Assembly (NCBI GenBank): GCA_045638945.1
Contig: JAZUCF010000002.1
Location: 84 to 64,083, forward strand
Direction: 5' to 3'
DNA: 64,000 nucleotides
DNA from: Clostridia bacterium
GTDB taxonomy: Bacteria > Bacillota > Clostridia > UMGS1883
The notes under the pieces were generated by a model that saw only the letters and a list, made by a program, of their open reading frames with translations, was not told the origin of the DNA and did not search any database. Below, piece by piece: positions 57,877-64,000 of the stretch (its first letter is position 1; each line of letters starts with the position of its first letter). The position numbers and the translations under genes are program-made.

Positions 57877-58767
57877 TTAGGAAGCTCTTATTGCACTTGC
57901 ATCTTCCCATGTTTCTGCATATAAAGCATAAAACAGTTGTCCTGTCATTGAACTTACATTATTGCCACTACTGTCTACTACTTTATTCCAATACACCTTG
58001 ATCTTTCCGTTTCTTTCATCAATCTGCCTTACGACACCAAATTTTGTTATCAAAAGATTTCCTTTGATAACACTTTGCCCCACGCGGAATTTCTGAACGG
58101 CACTTTTGTTGGCTTCCAAATTTTTTAATCTATTTGCCTCTTCCTTCGTTTTATACCATCCAACTTTTAAATAGTTATCAACTTCATATTCATGTACCGA
58201 AATGCTTCTGCCATCCGAACTATAAAGAGTTGTTTTCGGCAAAGATTTAGGCTGCTGTTCATAACTCATCATACCTAATCCGTCTTGTATCCAGAGCTTA
58301 ATAACTCTATATTCTTCACTCCAGCTTATTCCTCCAAAAGCGTTCAAACTTTCAAATTGTATCAGAGTTCTGCCGTTTATATTATAGCTGGTAACTTTAT
58401 TACCGTTAACATAAGTTTTAATATCAGTCGAGAGAACCGGATATGAAATCTTTCCTATTTTGTTGGGAGCAGTTTCATATGGTAATACAGAATAATTTGA
58501 TATTGTGTTGACATTTGAATTTCTGGTTATACTTAATGTTCTTGCAGCTTCATCCCAGACAACATTAAATCCAAAATAAGCCAAATCTTCTGCTGGGATA
58601 GCGGTATATCCATCAATATTATATGATTCAATAATATAATGGTTTATGTATGCCTTTATGTCTGTATATCTTGCATAATTTACAATATCACCGATTGCGG
58701 CAAAAACATTAGAAGTTTCTGCTAAAAGTAATACCATAGCCAAAATAATTGTTTTAATCTTTTTCAT
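57877..58767 (-). CDS. secreted protein with two stalk-like repeats and an SH3-like C-terminus
   Basis: Signal peptide. Repeats TDIKAYINHYIIESYNIDGYTAIPAEDLAYFGFNVVWDEAARTLSI and TDIKTYVNGNKVTSYNINGRTLIQFESLNAFGGISWSEEYRVIKL. Confidence 0.5.
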   Translation of the reverse strand: MKKIKTIILAMVLLLAETSNVFAAIGDIVNYARYTDIKAYINHYIIESYNIDGYTAIPAEDLAYFGFNVVWDEAARTLSITRNSNVNTISNYSVLPYETAPNKIGKISYPVLSTDIKTYVNGNKVTSYNINGRTLIQFESLNAFGGISWSEEYRVIKLWIQDGLGMMSYEQQPKSLPKTTLYSSDGRSISVHEYEVDNYLKVGWYKTKEEANRLKNLEANKSAVQKFRVGQSVIKGNLLITKFGVVRQIDERNGKIKVYWNKVVDSSGNNVSSMTGQLFYALYAETWEDASAIRAS

Positions 58768-58856
58768 ATTTGTTTTCCTTTCTTAATTAATCTTTTGAAT
58801 ATTAATTTAATGCTGTTCCACTTGAAAAGACGTATTAGATAAGTCTCTAAGCTATT

Positions 58857-60560
58857 CTAAACCAGCACTGTCTGTTCAATTTCAACGCTTTCAGGAACAC
58901 CTAACGGCAACAAAGTTTTCAGGCTTTTCCAAATATACACTTTGGCTGTTTTCGATGCGGTCAAGAACGGCATAGTAATTGTATAACTTGTATCACCATT
59001 ACACTCGGCAGAAATCAATTTTTCCGGATGACCTTCATTATTTGAAACTACAATTAATATAATCGCGTTAAACATTTCTTTTTCAAAACTAACATCAAAC
59101 TGTGTGTAATCTGAACCCGCTTTTGCAGTTGTTTTTGTAAGAGGCGTGAAGTTTCCAACTCCTCTTAAGTATGGATAGCCATTATTCACTTCAGGTGATA
59201 TATCCCAAACTGCACTAAAATCAAAGCTAGAATATTTTAATTTCAATTTCATATCATCGGCAGATAGTTCTGCTACACCTGTGCTGCTTGTTGAAGTTTC
59301 GCTCAATGTATAGTTCTTTTCTATTTTGGTTTCTGTTATTCCCCAAGTATAATTATACCTTCCAGCAATTCCTTTACCCACTTTTAAACTTACGGCATAA
59401 TATATATTGCCGCTATTATAACAATTTGTAATTATTATAGTTGGAGAAAAATTGGATGATGACAAGGTGTCTTGCGACAAACCTAAGATTCCTCCTATTG
59501 AATAATTAGATGAATCAGATGAGATTGAAGCTTTATTATAACAATTGTTGATTCGCACTCCTGTTGCGGTAGAACGAGCACTTAGGTAATAGTTTAGGGC
59601 TTTCCCGAGAATGCCTCCGGCATTTACATTTGAATTAGATATTACATCTCCGGAATTAAAACAATTACTAACACCACCAGCCTGCTGCGAACCCGCTATT
59701 CCTCCAATACTGTTTCCACTTGATGAGTTTTCCTCCATTGAAATTCTACCGGTATTATAACTATACCCTATATTTGTTATCTTAGATATTCCCAATATTC
59801 CCCCCACATATATTTTACCCTGAATATTAGCAGTGTTACTGCAGTAAAGCACGTTATTTGAAATCACGGTACTTGTGCCACTTATATGTTTTCCTTCTGA
59901 ATTACCGACAATTCCTCCTACATATTTACCGCCAATTAGCTTTCCAGTATTATAACAATATGACACCGAGCTTCCTTCCGTTAAATAACCAACTATACCT
60001 CCTACATTAGTAGTGTCCGCTGAAATAATATTATTACTAGTATAACAATTCCGGACTACTCCGTTAATAACATATCCTGCTATACTCCCTTTATTTGCAG
60101 TACTCCCCAGTGTGTCGTTAAAATTACTGTCGACAACACCAAGGTTTTTGATAGTACCGCCGTTAACAGTCCCAAAGAGACCCTTGTTAGTGCTTGTAAC
60201 AAAACAATTAACACCCCTAATTTCTTTACCATTACCATCATAAACGCCGCTAAAAGTGCTTATTGGAGTCCAACCATTGCCATCATTCCAATAATCACCT
60301 CCTTTAGATGTTGCGACAGACATATCAATATCATCTGTTTGAACAAAATAAGCATTTGAATAGTTACGTACATTGTTCAAATGATTAGCTGTTGCAATTT
60401 GATAAGGATTTTCCATGGTTCCATCACCACCGGCAAAATCATCATTAGCGGACACAAGTACAATTTCTGTTTTTTCTTGTGTGTTTGTTGCAAATACTAT
60501 TAAACCATTTGACGATAATAACATTACTGCGGATAACAAAATTGATAGAATCTTTTGCAT
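58857..60560 (-). CDS. secreted GLUG-motif repeat protein
   Basis: Signal peptide, then GDGTMENPYQIATANHLNNV, then more than 8 GLUG-type repeats (VGGIVGYL..., VGGIVGNS..., VGGILGIS..., IGGIAGSQ..., AGGILGKA..., IGGILGLS...). Confidence 0.7.
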   Translation of the reverse strand: MQKILSILLSAVMLLSSNGLIVFATNTQEKTEIVLVSANDDFAGGDGTMENPYQIATANHLNNVRNYSNAYFVQTDDIDMSVATSKGGDYWNDGNGWTPISTFSGVYDGNGKEIRGVNCFVTSTNKGLFGTVNGGTIKNLGVVDSNFNDTLGSTANKGSIAGYVINGVVRNCYTSNNIISADTTNVGGIVGYLTEGSSVSYCYNTGKLIGGKYVGGIVGNSEGKHISGTSTVISNNVLYCSNTANIQGKIYVGGILGISKITNIGYSYNTGRISMEENSSSGNSIGGIAGSQQAGGVSNCFNSGDVISNSNVNAGGILGKALNYYLSARSTATGVRINNCYNKASISSDSSNYSIGGILGLSQDTLSSSNFSPTIIITNCYNSGNIYYAVSLKVGKGIAGRYNYTWGITETKIEKNYTLSETSTSSTGVAELSADDMKLKLKYSSFDFSAVWDISPEVNNGYPYLRGVGNFTPLTKTTAKAGSDYTQFDVSFEKEMFNAIILIVVSNNEGHPEKLISAECNGDTSYTITMPFLTASKTAKVYIWKSLKTLLPLGVPESVEIEQTVLV

Positions 60561-60602
60561 TTGTTACATTCCCTTCTAAAAGTATTGTTTTAGGTGGATA
60601 CC

Positions 60603-60632
60603 ATTATAACATATATATTTAGCTACTGTCAA
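60603..60632 (-). promoter_or_regulatory. sigma-70-type promoter of the GLUG gene
   Basis: Minus strand reads TTGACA, 18 nt spacer, TATAAT. It is flanked by the direct repeat TT(T/A)AGCTACT. Confidence 0.5.
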
Positions 60633-60710
60633 TAAATAAGTATAAATTAAGCTACTTTTCCGAATATTTCCTCATATTACTTTATAATAAGTATTATGAG
60701 GTGATTTTTT

Positions 60711-61067
60711 ATGAATAGCATCGGGGAGAGAATAATATTTCTGCGTGAAAACTTGGATTTGTCTCAGGTAAAATTAGCTACTTTAATTGGCATAACGAAA
60801 ATGACACTGTATAAGTATGAAAAGAATATATGCGAGCCGCGCGGCGAAATTATTGCAAGGCTGGCAAAAGCGCTCAATACCACTACAGATTATATACTGG
60901 GGTGTACAGATGATTTTTCACCTGCTGATAATGGCCTAAATACAGGTTGTATAATCAAAGCCAGGGAAGTCGAGTTGATAGCTCGTTACAGACGATTAGA
61001 CAGTGATAATAAAGCAAGAATTGAGGAACGGATTGATTCTATGTTGGAAAGCCAAACCCAAAACTAA
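60711..61067 (+). CDS. XRE-family transcriptional regulator
   Basis: HTH_3-like N-terminus (IIFLRENLDLSQVKLATLIGITKMTLYKYEKN). 118 aa. Confidence 0.85.
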   Translation: MNSIGERIIFLRENLDLSQVKLATLIGITKMTLYKYEKNICEPRGEIIARLAKALNTTTDYILGCTDDFSPADNGLNTGCIIKAREVELIARYRRLDSDNKARIEERIDSMLESQTQN

Positions 61068-61216
61068 GAAACCGCCCCTCAATGCTACATCGCAAAGTAT
61101 ATCAAATTTTGAAAAATATGGGTATGCCGACAGCATACTGCAAAATAGAAAAGTTTGGAAACCACGAAAATCTCGTGGCTTTCAAACTTTTACTTTTTAA
61201 AATAAAATTGGTATGC

Positions 61217-62269
61217 TTACAGCATACCAATTAAAAAAGGTTCTGTTATAGAATAAAACAAGTATCCGAACAGGAGAAACGTTACACTTATGGGATTATA
61301 CATAAGTGCATCCCGCACATTGCCGAATATTGAATAGCAAACAAGGCATCCCAATACGAAAATTAATATAAGATATAAAATCCTTTTAAGATTTTTGCTT
61401 TCTACCGGTAATTTCAGCCTATCTATGATTCCCAAAAAGTTTACCGCAACAGAGAAAAAAAGAAAATTATAAAGAATGATAACTGCAAGCACAATATAAA
61501 ACATAGTGATGTCTTCTATATTTACCCGTGGGGCTTCTTCGCAGGCGAGAATAAAATAACCTGTAAAAAATGTTATGTACGCTAATACGGCAATTATCAT
61601 TTTGTAAATATTTCCTGTGCGAAAGCCGGGTATTATGTCAAAAAGCTTATATGAAGTAAATCGTTCTCTTTTTATATCTCTACGCAGTCTTTCAATGCTT
61701 TTGTATCTGTATTCTTTATCAAGTCTTGTGCATTTTGAAATTATTTTTCCTGTTTCTCCCGAGATGGATTTTTCAAGTGGTGCTTTCCCTGTAAGCATAA
61801 AATTATAGACGATACCTATTGCATAAATGTCCGAACGTTCATCCGTTTGCGTGAATCCATACTGTTCCGGTGCCGCGTACCCTGCCGTTCCCAAAAGATG
61901 GGTGTCACAATTTTTTGAAGTAATAATTTTCCGTGAAATATCAAAATCAATCAGCTTGATTATTCCGTCATTTGTAACTATAATATTTTCAGGCTTGATG
62001 TCCCGATGAACTATTTTAAATTTGTGCATTAGTTCTGTCGCATCCAGGAGCTGAAGCATATATTCCTTGGCAATAGATTGGGAAAGGGGAGAATCATTTA
62101 CTAAGTCTGAAAGAGAGACTCCCTCTATATATTCCATTGTATAATAATCATCACACACCTCAGCTATAACAGGGAAATTTTTATGCGGATTATCGGAAAT
62201 ATACATGAGGAAATCCTTAATTAAGGGATTGAATTTTCTTTTAACAAATGTATGGCTATTTATTTCCAT
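61217..62269 (-). CDS. membrane-anchored Hanks-type Ser/Thr kinase-like protein lacking the Gly-rich loop
   Basis: HRDIKPENI catalytic loop, DFD in place of DFG, and GTAGYAAPE. Only ~45 aa precede the hinge (MEYIEG). About 4 C-terminal TM helices. A TAG stop lies 4 codons upstream of the ATG and AGGAG 6 nt upstream. Confidence 0.7.
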   Translation of the reverse strand: MEINSHTFVKRKFNPLIKDFLMYISDNPHKNFPVIAEVCDDYYTMEYIEGVSLSDLVNDSPLSQSIAKEYMLQLLDATELMHKFKIVHRDIKPENIIVTNDGIIKLIDFDISRKIITSKNCDTHLLGTAGYAAPEQYGFTQTDERSDIYAIGIVYNFMLTGKAPLEKSISGETGKIISKCTRLDKEYRYKSIERLRRDIKRERFTSYKLFDIIPGFRTGNIYKMIIAVLAYITFFTGYFILACEEAPRVNIEDITMFYIVLAVIILYNFLFFSVAVNFLGIIDRLKLPVESKNLKRILYLILIFVLGCLVCYSIFGNVRDALMYNPISVTFLLFGYLFYSITEPFLIGML

Positions 62270-62342
62270 AAGCTGCTCCTATTGAAATAAATTTAAAAAG
62301 TAGTATAATAAAATCATAACAAACAACAAGGAGAATGTCAAT

Positions 62343-62756
62343 ATGAAAAAAACCGATGACCTCTTGAAGATTATTAAAAGCAGCCATGATATAGATGGCT
62401 TCTTAGGCGGACAAGAATTTATTGAAATAAATATTTCTCAATACCTTAATGAAGTAATCAATAAGAGGTGTCTTGCCAAGACGGACGTAATTAAGAGGTC
62501 GGGAATAGATAGAGTTTACGGCTACCAAATATTTAACGGAACCAAAACCCCATCTCGTGATAAATTAATACAGCTTGCATTTGGCATGCAGCTTGATTTT
62601 GATGAAGTGCAGAAACTTCTGAAATATAATGGGTTTGCCCCCCTATATGCACAGAACAGAAGGGACAGCATTATAATCTTTGCATTAAAAGAAAATCTGT
62701 CAGTCATTGATCTTAATATACTGTTGGATGAGAAAGACGAAAAAATTCTTGAATAA
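62343..62756 (+). CDS. HTH (XRE-like) domain protein
   Basis: Central HTH (LAKTDVIKRSGIDRVYGYQIFNGTKTPSRDKLIQLAFG). Promoter TTGAAA-16-TATAAT in the 73-bp divergent region shared with the kinase gene. Confidence 0.65.
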   Translation: MKKTDDLLKIIKSSHDIDGFLGGQEFIEINISQYLNEVINKRCLAKTDVIKRSGIDRVYGYQIFNGTKTPSRDKLIQLAFGMQLDFDEVQKLLKYNGFAPLYAQNRRDSIIIFALKENLSVIDLNILLDEKDEKILE

Positions 62757-62795
62757 TCGGCACACTAATGCCCATACTAACCTTGGGTGATTGAT

Positions 62796-63008
62796 ATGGA
62801 AGAAAGGCCGATACTTGAAAGAAACGACTCTCCTGATAAGGATTCTTTGTATGACAAGCTGATTGATACGGATGCGGTAGCCTCCGCATCAGAGTGTACG
62901 GGGCTTATGTACAGACCTCCTCAGAATGAAGCCGAGGCAGAAAGCTACAGCGATATATACACCGTTCCGCAGGTTTTTAATGAGGCAGAAAAAGAGCTTC
63001 GTAAATAA
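62796..63008 (+). CDS. hypothetical small acidic protein (70 aa)
   Basis: ORF only, with a weak RBS and no recognisable motif. It is followed by a strong terminator. Confidence 0.35.
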   Translation: MEERPILERNDSPDKDSLYDKLIDTDAVASASECTGLMYRPPQNEAEAESYSDIYTVPQVFNEAEKELRK

Positions 63009-63011
63009 AAT

Positions 63012-63045
63012 AAAGGAATTTGCCAACGAATTGGCAAATTCCTTT
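63012..63045. terminator. bidirectional intrinsic terminator
   Basis: Perfect 15-bp stem AAAGGAATTTGCCAA/TTGGCAAATTCCTTT flanked by A/T runs. It overlaps the prmC stop codon. Confidence 0.85.
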
Positions 63046-63853
63046 ATTTTATTGCGATTATTACTCTGTCATTATTTCCGTAATCCTTATACAGACTAAC
63101 GCTTGAGAAGTCCTTTAAAAGCTCTTTTACCTCGTTTCCCTGGTCATACCCTATTTCCAGTGCCAGCATACCGCCCTCAGAAAGTGCTTTGTATGCCTTT
63201 TGGGCAATTACTCTGTAGAAATCAAGCCCGTCGCTTCCGCCGTCAAGAGCGAGGCATGGCTCAAATTCGCTTACCTCAAGAGTGGGTACAATGCTGCTTT
63301 TGATGTAGGGAGGGTTTGATACTATTATGTCATAGCCCTTTTCAATTTCATCCGTCAGCACGTCAAGCTTAAAAATTTCCACTTTATTTTCAACTTTGTT
63401 AAGCTTGGCGTTTTCTTTTGCCGCTTTCATTGCATTTTCCGAAATATCCGTAAGGTCGCACGTTGCCCCGTCAATAAATTTTGCAAGGGATATTCCTATG
63501 CATCCGCTGCCGCTACATAAATCGAGGATTTTGGGGGAGCGAAAGGTACATTCCTCAAGAATTCTTTCCACAAGACATTCCGTATCGGGGCGGGGAATAA
63601 GCGTGTCCTCATTCAGCCTGAAAGGAAGCCCCATAAATTCCTTTTCACCTAAAATATACGCCACGGGTACACCCTTTGCCCTTTGCTCAATGTAGGAGTT
63701 AAAGGCTTCTTTCTGGACATCGTCGGGACTTTCAAAAATCAGTGCGGCGTTTTCTTTATTCATAGCTTTGGCAAGAAGCACCCTCGCATCAAGCAGGGGA
63801 GTTTCACTGCCGGAAAGTTTTTTTGCCGCATCATTTAAAAGCTCTCTTACCAT
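63044..63853 (-). CDS. prmC: peptide chain release factor N(5)-glutamine methyltransferase
   Basis: SAM motif LDLCSGSGCIG and the catalytic NPPY (IVSNPPYI). Confidence 0.9.
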   Translation of the reverse strand: MVRELLNDAAKKLSGSETPLLDARVLLAKAMNKENAALIFESPDDVQKEAFNSYIEQRAKGVPVAYILGEKEFMGLPFRLNEDTLIPRPDTECLVERILEECTFRSPKILDLCSGSGCIGISLAKFIDGATCDLTDISENAMKAAKENAKLNKVENKVEIFKLDVLTDEIEKGYDIIVSNPPYIKSSIVPTLEVSEFEPCLALDGGSDGLDFYRVIAQKAYKALSEGGMLALEIGYDQGNEVKELLKDFSSVSLYKDYGNNDRVIIAIK

Positions 63854-64000
63854 TTGTCGTCCTCTTTATTATCTGTGAGAACCGCTTTCATAGAGGTAAT
63901 TGCAACCTCAAGCTGACTGTCATCGGGTTCGCGGGTGGTTATTTTCTGAAGCATCATACCGGGCTTACTTATAACGCATACAACCTTACTCTTGCTTTTG
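63847..64000 (-). CDS. DUF1385 (YqhQ-like) protein, C-terminal fragment (gene runs off the right edge)
   Basis: Hand translation gives ...KPGMMLQKITTREPDDSQLEVAITSMKAVLTDNKEDDKW*, the conserved DUF1385 C-terminal motif. The stop overlaps the prmC start. Confidence 0.6.
   Translation of the reverse strand, partial: KSKSKVVCVISKPGMMLQKITTREPDDSQLEVAITSMKAVLTDNKEDDKW

Noticed and set aside
1-64000. CRISPR arrays, prophage, IS elements or integrative elements
   Set aside because: No regularly spaced repeats of 25 nt or longer were seen. No cas, integrase, transposase, recombinase, portal/terminase or relaxase-like translations appear in any frame of the ORF track.

Overview
This 64 kb window looks like the chromosome of a low-GC, endospore-forming Firmicute (class Clostridia; the Oscillospiraceae/Ruminococcus-like assignment is inference only). 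Most of it is housekeeping backbone. On the minus strand: ppdK (partial), recO, a YqzL-like micro-ORF, era, ybeY, a PgpH-like HD hydrolase, phoH, yqfD, two FAD oxidoreductases, gpsA, plsY, der, a DUF512 radical-SAM gene, aspS, hisS, prmC and a DUF1385 gene (partial). On the plus strand: smc, ftsY, ktrBA, flavodiiron protein plus rubredoxin, purC. There is one tRNA-Gln(CUG) with a consensus promoter. I saw no CRISPR array, integrase, transposase or phage genes.

Stretches worth a second look:
- Five tandem secreted paralogs (14.5-22.1 kb) sit inside the DUF512-der operon. Each carries the same paired ~60-aa YPLL..TYFPLTW module fused to a different C- or N-terminal domain.
- A complete T-box riboswitch (55.1-55.4 kb) drives an XRE-HTH/cupin/acyl-CoA-synthetase fusion, an atypical T-box target.
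- A ~180-bp array of eight GCGATATAT units (four direct, four inverted) plus a perfect 22-bp palindrome lies upstream of an orphan four-helix-bundle (23S IVS/Avd-like) gene.
- A lower-GC islet (57.9-63.0 kb) encodes a GLUG-repeat protein, a stalk-repeat protein, XRE regulators and a membrane Hanks-type kinase that lacks the glycine-rich loop.
- A two-TM coiled-coil protein with a ~47-residue D/E/Y tail lies near an LMW tyrosine phosphatase gene.
- Two GC-rich, self-complementary intergenic elements (27.45 kb and 53.77 kb) appear related to each other.

All calls come from reading the sequence and the ORF translations by eye. No database search was run.
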